64,000 nt of DNA from Cenarchaeum sp. (GCA_965212015.1 OZ243037.1:576001-640000); one strand, 5' to 3'; counted from the stretch's first letter, positions 37,602 to 48,121 are shown. Numbers and translations are program-made. Notes: a model not told the origin generated them from the sequence alone.

Positions 37602-38890
37602 TAGTTAATCACCCCTACTCCAGCGTAAAGCAGGCCAAGTGCTATAAAGATGTTAACGAACGCAAGCGTAATCAGCTTGTACCATCCGATCTGCAGCAGC
37701 ATGTCTATCCGGATTCGCGGAAGCACGCCGCGCGGCAGCAGTATAAAGAATATGACGGCGACAGTCTTTAGCACAAACCAGATCACCGCGCTGAAGAACT
37801 CTATCGAAAACACCGGCAGGCCAGGAAGCGTGGCCGATATCGGGCCGGCAGTTATGCCGTCGTGGATTAGCTGCTCTTCGAGCGGCGGCCAGAACACGGG
37901 GCCGCTCCACCCGCCCAGAAACAGCACCACGAAAAGGGCGGCAAACGCGTAGAGCTTTACGTACGAGCCGAGCTGCACCAGGCCGTACATCATGCCGGAG
38001 AGCTCTGTGAGCCACCCTGCGACAATCTCGCTTTCGGCCTCTGGAAGATCAAAGGGAATCCTTTCAAGCTCGGCGAGTGCGCAGATGAAAAACACGACGG
38101 CGCCCACCGGCAGGAACACTATCCACGGAAAGAACGCCTGGCTTGCGGCAATCTCAGACAGGTTCAGCGTCCCGGTCAGTATCACCACGCCAAGGCACGA
38201 GAGAATCAGCGGAATCTCAAAGGAGACCATCTGGTGAAGCGCCCTGATGCCGCCGATGAACGGAAACTTGCTGTTTGCAGACCACGCAGAGAGCACCGTT
38301 ATGATTGGAAAGAACCCGATCACCGCAAAGACTGCAATCAGCCCAATGTCCACGTCTGCCACGACCCATCCCGGGGCGACTGGAATCAGCGCGACAAAGG
38401 CGGCTGCCGTGCCCACAAAGAGGAGCGGCGCTGCAATGAATAGCGGCTTGTCTGCCTTTGCGGGGATTATGATCTCCTTTGAGATCAGCTTTAGCCCGTC
38501 GCCCATCAGCTGCAAGATGCCCTCTATCTTTCCGCAGTAAAACGGGCCGACTCGCAGCTGCATCTTTGCTAGCATCTTGCGCTCGACGAATATGGTGGCA
38601 GCGGCAATCAGGGCGGCAAATCCAAACCCGGGAAACGCCGCTATGCGGAAAAAGTCAGTGTACATCAGGGCCTTGATCAGCGGCAGCGTGCTCTCTGGGT
38701 GCGATATCCACGTCAGCGCCAGAAACGGGTTTACCAGCTCGCCGTCGACTATTGGCAGGTCTATGTAAAACAGGACTATCTGCAGCGCCGGTATGCCGGC
38801 CAGCGTGGCGATGACTATGGCCCAAAAGGCATTGTCGGTGATGGACTTTAAGAAATACCCGAGGCTGAACTTTGGCGCAATGGCGGACAT
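37601..38890 (-). CDS. nuoH: NADH-quinone oxidoreductase subunit H
   Basis: ERKMLAKMQLRVGP, ERIPFDLPEAESE. Confidence 0.93.
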   Translation of the reverse strand: MSAIAPKFSLGYFLKSITDNAFWAIVIATLAGIPALQIVLFYIDLPIVDGELVNPFLALTWISHPESTLPLIKALMYTDFFRIAAFPGFGFAALIAAATIFVERKMLAKMQLRVGPFYCGKIEGILQLMGDGLKLISKEIIIPAKADKPLFIAAPLLFVGTAAAFVALIPVAPGWVVADVDIGLIAVFAVIGFFPIITVLSAWSANSKFPFIGGIRALHQMVSFEIPLILSCLGVVILTGTLNLSEIAASQAFFPWIVFLPVGAVVFFICALAELERIPFDLPEAESEIVAGWLTELSGMMYGLVQLGSYVKLYAFAALFVVLFLGGWSGPVFWPPLEEQLIHDGITAGPISATLPGLPVFSIEFFSAVIWFVLKTVAVIFFILLPRGVLPRIRIDMLLQIGWYKLITLAFVNIFIALGLLYAGVGVIN

Positions 38891-40030
38891 TTACCTGTCT
38901 GCCTCCACCGGCCAATAGTTCAAGCTCCAGTATACGGCCGGCATGTTTCCGAGCTTTTCTCCGCGCAACAGGTTTGGCATGCAGATGAGGTTCCTAAAGG
39001 AGGGGACGCTGAGCTTTACCCTGTACGGCTCTGGCTTTTTGTCAGAGACGATATAGCACCCAAGCGAGCCCCTGCCGGATTCCACCCTCCGGTACACCTG
39101 TTCGCCCTCGAGCTTGCCCTTGGGATTCGGCTTTAGCTTTGTGCGGACAGAGCCGGACTTTGGCATCTTTGCTAGCGCGTCGCGGATTATCCGGCAGCTC
39201 TCCATCATGTCAAGCCACGGTATCTTTGAGCGCGCATAAGAGTCCCCCGCCTTTAGGACCGGGGTCTCAAAGTCCATCTCGTCATACGCATCATACGGCT
39301 CCATCTTGCGGAGATCAAAGTCCACGCCGCTGGCGCGCAGTACAGATCCCGTCGTGCCAAACCGGACCGCGTCCTGCCGCGAGAGTATTCCCGTCTTCTC
39401 TGTGCGCGATATCAGGACCGGATTATCGTAGAAAATGTCCCCGTATTCCTTGATGCGCTTTTCAAAATAGTTCACCTGCCTGAGGCACACGTCCTCAAAG
39501 TTGGCCGGAAGATCGTTGCGCACCCCGCCGGGGACAAAGTAGGAATGCGTCACGCGCGCGCCTGTGAGCTTTTCCATGATGTCAATTAGCAGCTCGCGAT
39601 CGCCGGCTGGCCACATGAACATCGTCGAGTGGCCCAGAAATATCCCGTATATCGCAAGCCAGTACTGAATATAGATGCACTTGTTTAGCTCAGACGCAAT
39701 CACCCTGACGTATTTTGCACGCTCTGGCACGTCTATTCCCAGTATGTCCTCCGCTCCAAGGCAGTACGGGTACAGGACGTTGCAAGAGTCGTGGATTACG
39801 GGCCTCTCCAGGTGGGGAATGTTCAGGATATAGTTCCTGTATTCTGCCATCTTTTCCTCCCCCCGGTGCACGTATCCGGGATCGGGATCGCAGCTTACGA
39901 TATAGTCCCCGTCCACCCTGATTACCAGCCTCATGTGGCCCGAACCCGGGTGCTGCGGGCCCACGTTGAGCGTCATTATCCTCTCGTCGGCCTTTTCGAT
40001 TTCCAGTCCCGGTGGTAGTTGGTTGCCCAT
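38891..40030 (-). CDS. nuoD: NADH-quinone oxidoreductase subunit D
   Basis: LNVGPQHP, GYVHRGEEK, C-terminal EADR. Confidence 0.93.
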   Translation of the reverse strand: MGNQLPPGLEIEKADERIMTLNVGPQHPGSGHMRLVIRVDGDYIVSCDPDPGYVHRGEEKMAEYRNYILNIPHLERPVIHDSCNVLYPYCLGAEDILGIDVPERAKYVRVIASELNKCIYIQYWLAIYGIFLGHSTMFMWPAGDRELLIDIMEKLTGARVTHSYFVPGGVRNDLPANFEDVCLRQVNYFEKRIKEYGDIFYDNPVLISRTEKTGILSRQDAVRFGTTGSVLRASGVDFDLRKMEPYDAYDEMDFETPVLKAGDSYARSKIPWLDMMESCRIIRDALAKMPKSGSVRTKLKPNPKGKLEGEQVYRRVESGRGSLGCYIVSDKKPEPYRVKLSVPSFRNLICMPNLLRGEKLGNMPAVYWSLNYWPVEADR

Positions 40031-40033
40031 GTC

Positions 40034-40591
40034 CTATCTTCCCTTTATTGCAAAATCCTTCCGAAGCGGCGGCAGATCCGCCCAGTCCTCAGGCAGCAGC
40101 AGCCGGCGGTTGTCGGGATGGCCCTCAAAATAGACGCCCAGCATTTCAAAGCATTCGCGTTCATGAAACTCGACGCTGTAAAAGACGTCCCGAAGACTCG
40201 TCATCCTTGTCGCGTCGTTTCCCGGATTCGGCTCCTCCTCGCGCGGCACGCGAGTCGAGAGCGCAAGTATGTGTCCGGACAGCGACGGATCAAGGTACGA
40301 CCCCAGGTGGTATACAAGCTCAATTTCGCCGTCCTGCGGATAGTCCACGCCAGAGACGGACTCGGCATGATCAAAGTTCAGCTCGTCGCGGATAAACTCG
40401 GCGACGTTTTTTATGTCCTCCTTTTTTACGGCAATTCCAATCCTGTTGGGCTGTACAAGCGCCACTGCGCCCTCAAAGCGCCCGCATATCCTGTCTGCAA
40501 TCCCCTTTTCGAACTCTGGAAGCTCCGGCTCGTCCTTTGCCGGCGGCTGCGCCTTTGGATCCTTTTGCACGGCCTCAACAGGGTCCGTCAT
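40034..40591 (-). CDS. nuoC: NADH-quinone oxidoreductase subunit C
   Basis: ERECFEMLGVYFEGHPD.RRLLLPEDW..PPLRKDF. Confidence 0.92.
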   Translation of the reverse strand: MTDPVEAVQKDPKAQPPAKDEPELPEFEKGIADRICGRFEGAVALVQPNRIGIAVKKEDIKNVAEFIRDELNFDHAESVSGVDYPQDGEIELVYHLGSYLDPSLSGHILALSTRVPREEEPNPGNDATRMTSLRDVFYSVEFHERECFEMLGVYFEGHPDNRRLLLPEDWADLPPLRKDFAIKGR

Positions 40592-41112
40592 ACCTGCTTC
40601 CTGGCCTTCATTCTCTTTATCTTTTCCTGTAATAGCATGCATCCCTGTATGAGCGTCTCGGGCCGCGGCGGGCAGCCGGGGACATAGACGTCGACTGGAA
40701 TCACCCCGTCGATCCCCGGAAGAACGTTATAAGAGTCAAAATACAGCCCGCCCGTAATGGCGCACGCACCCATTGCTATTACGTACTTTGGCTCGGGCAT
40801 TTGATCATACACCAGGCGCAGCCTTGGCGCCATCTTTCTTGTGATTGTACCCTGCACCACTATCAGGTCGCACTGGCGCAGCGAGCCGAACGCCTCGATG
40901 ATTCCAAAGCGCTCCACGTCGTAGCGCGGGCCGGATGCGGCCCCAAACTCCACGCTGCAGCAGGCCGTCTCTATGTGCACTGGCCACAGCGACCATATCC
41001 TCCCCCAGTTTACCGCATAGCCCAGCGGCTTGTCGATCGCCTTTTCAAGTATGTCTCCAAGCTTTCCGACAAAGACGTTGGCGTTTTGCGGGGTGATCAG
41101 GTCCTTTAGCAG
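40588..41112 (-). CDS. nuoB: NADH-quinone oxidoreductase subunit B
   Basis: TACCSVE, MGACAITGG, VPGCPPRPE; start inferred at CTG after AGGTGG. Confidence 0.9.
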   Translation of the reverse strand: MLKDLITPQNANVFVGKLGDILEKAIDKPLGYAVNWGRIWSLWPVHIETACCSVEFGAASGPRYDVERFGIIEAFGSLRQCDLIVVQGTITRKMAPRLRLVYDQMPEPKYVIAMGACAITGGLYFDSYNVLPGIDGVIPVDVYVPGCPPRPETLIQGCMLLQEKIKRMKARKQV

Positions 41113-41131
41113 TCCGGGCCACCTGCCGTGC

Positions 41132-41518
41132 TCACCATATGTCGCGCCTCTTTGACTGGTACAGCGCAAACGACATTGCGGCAAACATTATCCCCAGAAA
41201 CGCAATTATCGGCAGCGTCGCCTCGCGGGGCAAATTCAGGATTGTGGCCCCCCAGGCATACAGGAATATGGCCATCACGTCAAAGACTACAAACATGAGG
41301 ATATACGCGTAATACTGCATCATAAAATGGGTCCTTCCCTCGCCCTTTGGAACCTGGCCGCACTCCATTGGCAGAAACTTTACCGGGTTGTTGCCGCGCC
41401 GGGGCGAGATCATCCTTGAGATCAGCAGGGCCGGCGCAGTTGCAGCGACGGCAAAGCCAAACATCATCAGAATGGTGCTGTAATTAGCCGCTACTTCCCC
41501 TACCAAGGCAGCTTTCAA
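41132..41518 (-). CDS. nuoA: NADH-quinone oxidoreductase subunit A
   Basis: K..PMECG, YY...LMFVVFDV; start may be TTG at 41506. Confidence 0.9.
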   Translation of the reverse strand: MKAALVGEVAANYSTILMMFGFAVAATAPALLISRMISPRRGNNPVKFLPMECGQVPKGEGRTHFMMQYYAYILMFVVFDVMAIFLYAWGATILNLPREATLPIIAFLGIMFAAMSFALYQSKRRDIW

Positions 41519-41622
41519 ACCCTGAGAATGCTATAAAAAGGTATTCACATTTTTGGATCTTTTTTTTTTTCTGAAATCCGTATTTTGCAAACTACTTTAT
41601 ACGGAGGCGGCCAGTCCCCCGC

Positions 41623-42087
41623 ATGGGCGTTGACGTCGGGGACAAGGCACCGGATTTTGAGCTTGTCGATACGGATCTAAAGATGAGAACCCTGGGGGAG
41701 TTTGGGGGCAAAAAAGTAATCCTGACTTTTTTTGTAGCTGCAAGCTCGCCTGTATGCGAGACGGAGCTGTGCACCCTGAGGGATTCGTGGGACGAGATCT
41801 CAAAGTGCGGGGCGCAGCTAGTTGCGATAAGCAACGACGGGCCGTTTGCAAACAAGGCGTTTGCGCAAAAGCACGGCCTGAATTTTCCGGTGCTGGGCGA
41901 CTATACCAGCAGGACCATCAGGGACTATGGCGTGCTGATGCCGGATCTTTTGCACATCAAGGACTATAACGCCGCAAAGCGCTCCGTGTTTATAGTGATG
42001 GAGGACGGAAAGATAGGATACAGGTGGGTCTCCGATGATCCGCTAAAAGAGCCGGACTATAACGCAATCAGGGCCTTTGTAAGATAG
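41623..42087 (+). CDS. peroxiredoxin (AhpC/TSA/Bcp-like)
   Basis: VGDKAPDF, SPVCETE, KRSVFIV. Confidence 0.85.
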   Translation: MGVDVGDKAPDFELVDTDLKMRTLGEFGGKKVILTFFVAASSPVCETELCTLRDSWDEISKCGAQLVAISNDGPFANKAFAQKHGLNFPVLGDYTSRTIRDYGVLMPDLLHIKDYNAAKRSVFIVMEDGKIGYRWVSDDPLKEPDYNAIRAFVR

Positions 42088-42089
42088 CC

Positions 42090-42602
42090 CTATTTTATCT
42101 CTGCAATGACGTCGTTTTTTGCCACGCTGTCGCCCTGCTTTACCCGGATTGCGGCCACCGTGCCGTCCCTGTGCGACTTTACTGCAACCTGCATCTTCAT
42201 TGACTCGAGCACTATTACGGAATCCCCCTTTCTGACAGAGTCGCCCTCGCTTACGGATATCGACACCACCTTTCCGGGTATCTGGCTTTGAAGCGCAGTC
42301 TCTGAGCTCCTGTCGCGCGTGCTGCCAGAGTTCTTGTACACTATTGCATCCAGGTGCGCGTGCATTCCCACCTGTACTGGCGTCCCGTCCACTATCAGGC
42401 TCATGCCGGCAGTCGTCTTGTCTATGTACCTTGCCGAGTGGTATTTTTTGTCCAGTACAAACTCGATTCCGCGCGGGCCGACAGACAGCACTTTGAGGTC
42501 CCTTAGCGCGCCGTCAATCCTTATCTTGTACCGGCCTCCGCCCAGCCGCTCTGCCAGCTCCCCCTCGAGCTGCTCGCCGATGTCTTTTATGGAGTACTTC
42601 AC
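42090..42602 (-). CDS. accB: biotin carboxyl carrier protein of acetyl/propionyl-CoA carboxylase
   Basis: IPGKVV...LESMKM biotinylation motif. Confidence 0.9.
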   Translation of the reverse strand: MKYSIKDIGEQLEGELAERLGGGRYKIRIDGALRDLKVLSVGPRGIEFVLDKKYHSARYIDKTTAGMSLIVDGTPVQVGMHAHLDAIVYKNSGSTRDRSSETALQSQIPGKVVSISVSEGDSVRKGDSVIVLESMKMQVAVKSHRDGTVAAIRVKQGDSVAKNDVIAEIK

Positions 42603-42606
42603 AGTC

Positions 42607-44085
42607 TCACCCCTGCACGCCGCCCCATTGGTCGTCATTGTTCCTTACCATTCCCGCAAAGAATTCCGGATGCATTACGGCGGCGGCCACTGCTGCCTCT
42701 TTGTTGTTTTTCCTGTCCGCCATGATGTCCTTTTCCAGCCTGTCGATTATTCCGTGTCTTTTGAGAAAGTCAGTCGACAGCTCGCCGTTTTTGTACTCGT
42801 CGGTCCGCAGTATCGTCTTGTAGAGCGGAATCGAAGTCTCCACCCCGCCGATGTAAAAGTCGTTTAGCGCATTGAGCATCCTCAGCCTGGACTCCTCGAA
42901 TGTCTGGCCCCACGTGCAGAGCTTGGCCATCAGCGAGTCATAGTACGGCGAGACGGTGCATCCCGGATACAGGTACGTATCGCACCGGACACCAGGCCCG
43001 GCAGGAATGACCACGTCTGGAACGGGTCCTGTGGACGGCGCAAAGTCCAGAAACGTGTCCTCTGCGTTAATCCTGCACTCTATTGCATAGCCGTTCATGC
43101 GCAGATCCTTTTGCACAAAGGGCAGCGGCTCGCCGTTTGCAATGTCGATTTGCAGCTTTACAAGATCCAGCCCAGAGACGTACTCTGTAATGGGGTGCTC
43201 CACCTGGAGGCGCGCGTTTATCTCGATAAAGTAAAACTCCCCGTCGTCTGCGCGAAGAAACTCGGCGGTTCCAAGGTTGGTATAGTCGACTGCCTTTGCC
43301 GCCTTTACCACCAGCTCGCCTATCTCGTCGCGCTTTTTTTGATCCACTACAGGCGAGGGCGTCTGCTCTATTAGCTTCTGGTTCCGGCGCTGAATCGAGC
43401 ACTCCCTCTCAAATATGTGCACCGTGCCGCCGTGGCAGTCGCGCGCCATCTGGTACTCTATGTGCCTGGTCTTTTCAAGGAATTTCTCGACAATGATCGC
43501 CGACTTGCCCACGGCTGCCATCGACTCGCCTGTGACCTCCTCGTAGGCGCGCCGCAGATCATCATCGCCTGTCACCAGCCGGATTCCCCTGCCGCCGCCG
43601 CCATAGACTGACTTTAGCAGCACGGGATAGCCGATGCCGCCTGCCACCTGCACTGCCTCGTCGGCGTCGCCCACCAGGCCGGGGCTTCCCGGCACGGTCG
43701 GAACGCCGGCCTTTAGCATCGCGGCCTTGCACTCCATCTTGTCGCCGCAGAGGCCCATGGACTTTGCCGCAGGCCCGATAAAGTTTATCCTGTTTTTTTC
43801 GCACAGGCCTGCAAAGTCGTCATTCTCAGACAAAAAGCCGTATCCCGGATGTACTGCGTCTGCGCCAGATGACAGCATTACCTCCAGTATCTTTTCCTGG
43901 TTGAGGTACGACTCTGAGGGCGCCGCCTTGCCTATGTGGTACGACTCGGAGGCCTGCTTTACGTGCAGGGAGTTATAGTCCTCATCAGAGTATACTGCTA
44001 CAGTCTTGATTCCCAGGGCGTGGCACGTCCGGATTACCCTCAGTGCAATCTCTCCCCTGTTGGCGATGAGTACCTTTTCTATCAT
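42607..44085 (-). CDS. accC: biotin carboxylase
   Basis: LIANRGEIALR, HPGYGFLSEN, GGGGRG, RLQVEHP. Confidence 0.95.
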   Translation of the reverse strand: MIEKVLIANRGEIALRVIRTCHALGIKTVAVYSDEDYNSLHVKQASESYHIGKAAPSESYLNQEKILEVMLSSGADAVHPGYGFLSENDDFAGLCEKNRINFIGPAAKSMGLCGDKMECKAAMLKAGVPTVPGSPGLVGDADEAVQVAGGIGYPVLLKSVYGGGGRGIRLVTGDDDLRRAYEEVTGESMAAVGKSAIIVEKFLEKTRHIEYQMARDCHGGTVHIFERECSIQRRNQKLIEQTPSPVVDQKKRDEIGELVVKAAKAVDYTNLGTAEFLRADDGEFYFIEINARLQVEHPITEYVSGLDLVKLQIDIANGEPLPFVQKDLRMNGYAIECRINAEDTFLDFAPSTGPVPDVVIPAGPGVRCDTYLYPGCTVSPYYDSLMAKLCTWGQTFEESRLRMLNALNDFYIGGVETSIPLYKTILRTDEYKNGELSTDFLKRHGIIDRLEKDIMADRKNNKEAAVAAAVMHPEFFAGMVRNNDDQWGGVQG

Positions 44086-44091
44086 GTCCAG

Positions 44092-45638
44092 TCACAGGTT
44101 TATGTTTCCGTGCTTTCTTGAGGGCTGTCCCGTCTTTTTTCCCGCAAGCATCTCTAGGGCCCTGATAAGCATGGGCCTCGTCTGGGCCGGATCGATTACT
44201 GCGTCGACTGTCCCGTGGGACGCAACGACGTACGGATTGTCGAACTTTTCGGTAAACTCGTTTATCAGCCCTTTTTTCAGCTCTTCTGGATTGTCCGCCC
44301 CTGCCAGGTCCTTTCTGTTGATTATCTTTACGGCGGCCTCTGCGCCAAGCACTGCGCACCGCGCAGTAGGCCAGGCATAGTTGACGTCGGTGCGGAGGTT
44401 CTTGCTTGCCATCGCAATGTATGCGCCGCCGTACGCCTTGCCGATTACCAGCGTTATCTTGGGGACAGTCGCCTCGCAGTATGCAAATAGTAGCTTGCTG
44501 CCGTGGCGGATTATGCCATTGTGCTCCTGATTCGAGCCCGGCATGTATCCGGGCGTGTCCACCAGCGTGATTATCGGAATGTTAAAAGAGTCGCAAAACC
44601 GGATGAACCGCGCCGCCTTGTTTGAAGAGTCGATGTCCAGCGCACCGGCAAGGCTCAGCGGCTGGTTGGCGACTATTCCGGCTGCGTGCCCGTTGAGCCT
44701 GCAAAAGCCCACAATTATGTTCGGCGCAAACAGCTCGTGGATTTCAAAGAACGCGTGATCGTCGGCCACCGAGCGGATTATCTCCTTCATGTCGTAGGGC
44801 TGCAGCGGATTCTCGGGCATTATGTTTATCAGGTTGTGATCCAGCCTGTTTGGATCGTCGCCGGTCCTTGTGCGCGGCGCCTTGTGCGCGTTGTTTTGCG
44901 GAAGAAACGAGAGCAGCCGCCTTATGTAGTCCATGCAGTCGTACTCGTTTTTTGCCACAAAGTGCGCCACGCCGCTCTTGGAGCCGTGCGTCATTGCGCC
45001 GCCGAGATCCTCAAAGGAGACCTCCTCGCCGAGGACCGTCTTTACCACGTCGGGCCCCGTCACAAACATGGTTGCGGATTTTTCAACCATGATTACAAAG
45101 TCCGTCATTGCCGGCGAATAGACCGAGCCGCCGGCAGAGGGGCCGATGCTGGCAGTGATCTGCGCACGACGCCAGATGCAAGCTCGTTGTGATAGAAAAT
45201 GTCAGCAAAGCCGTCCAGGCTCATTATCCCCTCCTGGATTCTCGCCCCGCCGGAGTCCATTATTCCGATGATGGGGCACCCAGTCTGCACCGCATGCCTC
45301 ATCAGCTTTGTGATTTTTCTGGCGCCCATCTGGCTGAGCGTCCCGCCAAGAATTGTAAAGTCGTATGCAAAGACAAAGATCTTGCGCCCGTCTATGGTGC
45401 CGTATCCCCCGACCACCCCGTCGCCGTAAAATTTTTTTTCCTGCATGCCGAACTCGTGATAGTGGTGCGTGACTAGCGAGTCTAACTCGGCAAAGGTTCC
45501 CGCGTCCAGCAGGAGATCGATTCGCTCCCTTGCGGTGAGCTTGCCCTTTTCGTGCTGCGCAGATATCCTGTCCTGGCCTCCCCCCCGAATCGCCGATCCT
45601 GTTTTTTTGGAATGCTGATCAAGCTTTTCAGAGTGCAT
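44092..45638 (-). CDS. pccB: acyl-CoA carboxylase carboxyltransferase, frameshifted near 45164
   Basis: Two overlapping ORFs (45105-45638, 44092-45108) join into one protein if one C is added (GTG CG CAG to GTG CCG CAG = VPQITASIGPSAGGSVYSPAMTDF). Confidence 0.88.
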
Positions 45639-45746
45639 AGTCTCAGCTGAATGTCAGGCTATATTATTTTGTCGGATTACCGGGGCGCCATACGATACTG
45701 TACGGCACAGAAATATATTTAACCAAAGTTGTGGGAATCACCCCAT

Positions 45747-46592
45747 ATGGTCGGCGACGTCAAGGCAACGGTGACATATCTGGAGCTGCTCAGGGAGGAT
45801 CTGGTGATAATACGGATAGTGCCGGAGGGCGGCGTCATTCCAGAGTATACCACCGGCCAGTTCCTTACCATAGGGATGAACATACCGTCTGAGAACCACA
45901 AGCTTGTCCGCAGGGCCTATTCCATCGCATCACACCCGGAAAACAAAAAGTATTTCGAGTTTGTCATACGCTGGGTGAGAAAGCCGCTGCCAGGCAGGGT
46001 GACTACGGAGCTGTTCTATGCAAGCGAGGGCGACACGGTATACCTGGGCAGTCCCACAGGCAACGCCCTTACGATAGACGATACGCTGCCAGACGGCTCA
46101 CCGGACAACAGGAGGATAGTCTGCGTCGGAGGCGGCACGGGCCTGGCCCCGTTCATAGCGTTTGCAGACCACCTGCACGACACCGGCGACAAGAGGGAGA
46201 TCATAGTGCTGCACGGGGCAAGCTATGTGGATGAGCTAAGCTACAAGGAGCACCTGACGGACCTGGAAAACGAGAGCATCGAGAGGGGGAAAAACAAGTG
46301 GGATTTCAAGTACAGGGCCGCAATCAGCCGCCCAAAGGAGAGGTTCAACCGCACGTGGATCGGCCACACGGGAAGAGTCGAGTCGTTCTTCAAGGCCGGA
46401 AAGGAAAAGACGTCCCCCATAGAGGATCTAGTCGGAGAAGAGATTACACCGGAGAATACAATGATCTACATATGCGGATACCAGGGCACGATCGACGGGG
46501 TGATAGAGCACGTCAAGAAAAAGGGCTTTGTAACCATGCACGACAAAAAAGACGACGGCAGCTATGCCATAAAGTTCGAGTCGTACGGCTAG
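45747..46592 (+). CDS. ferredoxin/flavodoxin-NADP+ reductase family
   Basis: GQF, RRAYSIAS, GGGTGLAPF, YICG. Confidence 0.88.
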   Translation: MVGDVKATVTYLELLREDLVIIRIVPEGGVIPEYTTGQFLTIGMNIPSENHKLVRRAYSIASHPENKKYFEFVIRWVRKPLPGRVTTELFYASEGDTVYLGSPTGNALTIDDTLPDGSPDNRRIVCVGGGTGLAPFIAFADHLHDTGDKREIIVLHGASYVDELSYKEHLTDLENESIERGKNKWDFKYRAAISRPKERFNRTWIGHTGRVESFFKAGKEKTSPIEDLVGEEITPENTMIYICGYQGTIDGVIEHVKKKGFVTMHDKKDDGSYAIKFESYG

Positions 46593-46753
46593 CTTTTCTG
46601 CCGCATTATAAACTGCATGAGCGATTCCTTGGAATAGTCAATCCCGTGCATCTGCTCCATGTGTGATCCGAATTCATCTATGACGCTTTCAACCTTGCCT
46701 TCCGTTACAAAATTACACTCAAATCCGTAATCCGAACAGCGTAATTTGGCCAT
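46589..46753 (-). CDS. DUF1059-like small metal-binding protein (54 aa)
   Basis: Manual translation MAKLRCSDYGFECNF...HMEQMHGIDY...*. Confidence 0.75.
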   Translation of the reverse strand: MAKLRCSDYGFECNFVTEGKVESVIDEFGSHMEQMHGIDYSKESLMQFIMRQKS

Positions 46754-46861
46754 GGTTGGTCGTAATTCGTGGAAAATAAATACATTAAGGTGTTTTCATT
46801 TGGACGGGCGTCCCAAATCAACGCCTGCGCCGCCGTTTTTGGCCCGCAGCCGCGCATGCGA

Positions 46862-48109
46862 TCACTCTTGTACCTGGGGTTTCTTTGGGGCCGCAATTAT
46901 CTTGTCTGCTATGGACTTTGTCAGATCCTCCAGTATCCGTATTGTAGTCTCATCCTCGCGGCCCAGCTGCTTTACTGCCTTTTGTATCTCGATCTTTCTT
47001 AGCGCATCAACGCCGGGGGCCGCTGCTACTGCGGGGCCCGGCTCTAGCTTGTCCATCATTGCGCCGATTATGGGCACCTCGTTGCCGATGATCTTTTCTA
47101 CCTGCGGAATCTTGGCGTTTCTGGCGCGAAGGCTTTCCTCTTCCTGCTCGGCAATCTGGTCCCGGAACATCAGCTTTATCCCAGAGATCGACGAGGCATC
47201 CTCGTTTACGGCCCTCGGCTCTGAGATGTCAAGAATCATCGTGCCGGTCTTTTTGTCCTCCATGACGCGCCCTATCGCGCCGCTTGTGACTATGTGATAG
47301 TCGGCAGTAGTCGCAACAAAGACAATGTCGAACTTGTCGAATCCGGCCATCGCGTCCTCAAATGACACCGGCTCGCCCTTTAGAATCCTGGAAAAGCCCG
47401 TGGCGCGCCCTATCGTCTTGCTGGTCACATCAAAGGGGCGCCCCCTCTTGTTGAGGGACTTTGCGACCAGGGCGGCAGTCTTGCCCGTGCCAATTAGGAG
47501 GATCTTTTTCTTTGCGTCGATTCCGACGCTTTTTTCGGCCATCATTACTGCAATGTCGCCTATCGTGATCACGTCGTCCCCTATGCCAGTCGACGCCCTG
47601 ATCTTTGTCCCCACCCGGATTACCGTGTCAAACAGCCTGCTTAAAATCCCGCCAGAGGCGCCGGATTCCTTTGCGAGCGAGACAGACGACCTTATCTCGT
47701 CGAGAATCTCCCCCTTGCCCACCACTATCGACTCGAGGCCGGTGGCCAGCCGCAGCAGGTGCGGGTAGAGGTCTGCGTTTCTGTACACCTCCAGTGTCTG
47801 ATCAAAGTGATCCAGATCCCACTGGTCTAGCTCGCACAGCGAGGTCCACGTCTTTTCTATCTGGTTGATTATAAGGCCCTCCCCTGCCGGGCTTCGCGCA
47901 TCTGGCGCATCAGGCTCCTTGTTGATTATCATAAACACCTCGGCCCTGCTGGCAGTCTGAAGTATCACTATCTCACTTACGCCGGAGATTTTTGCAAACG
48001 AGTCGTATGCTGCGTCCATGTCCTTAAAGCAGTACCGTTCCAGCTTGTGCAGCGGGATGTTCTTGTAGGTAAAGCGCGCGTTTATAATGTCAAAGTTGTT
48101 TTCGGCCAC
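46862..48109 (-). CDS. hemA: glutamyl-tRNA reductase paralog (catalytic Cys absent)
   Basis: GluTR architecture (HLLRLATGLES.VVG, IGTGKT, DISEPR) but TASR instead of TCNR. Confidence 0.75.
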   Translation of the reverse strand: MAENNFDIINARFTYKNIPLHKLERYCFKDMDAAYDSFAKISGVSEIVILQTASRAEVFMIINKEPDAPDARSPAGEGLIINQIEKTWTSLCELDQWDLDHFDQTLEVYRNADLYPHLLRLATGLESIVVGKGEILDEIRSSVSLAKESGASGGILSRLFDTVIRVGTKIRASTGIGDDVITIGDIAVMMAEKSVGIDAKKKILLIGTGKTAALVAKSLNKRGRPFDVTSKTIGRATGFSRILKGEPVSFEDAMAGFDKFDIVFVATTADYHIVTSGAIGRVMEDKKTGTMILDISEPRAVNEDASSISGIKLMFRDQIAEQEEESLRARNAKIPQVEKIIGNEVPIIGAMMDKLEPGPAVAAAPGVDALRKIEIQKAVKQLGREDETTIRILEDLTKSIADKIIAAPKKPQVQE

Positions 48110-48121
48110 CAGTCATCACCG

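Noticed and set aside
41559-41570. Long poly-T run
   Set aside because: Lies between divergent genes with no transcript ending there; cannot be called a terminator
31440-45476. Many plus-strand ORFs opposite nuo and acc genes
   Set aside because: Antisense shadows typical of GC-rich coding DNA, with no recognisable motifs (the peroxiredoxin at 41623 is the exception and is listed as a feature)
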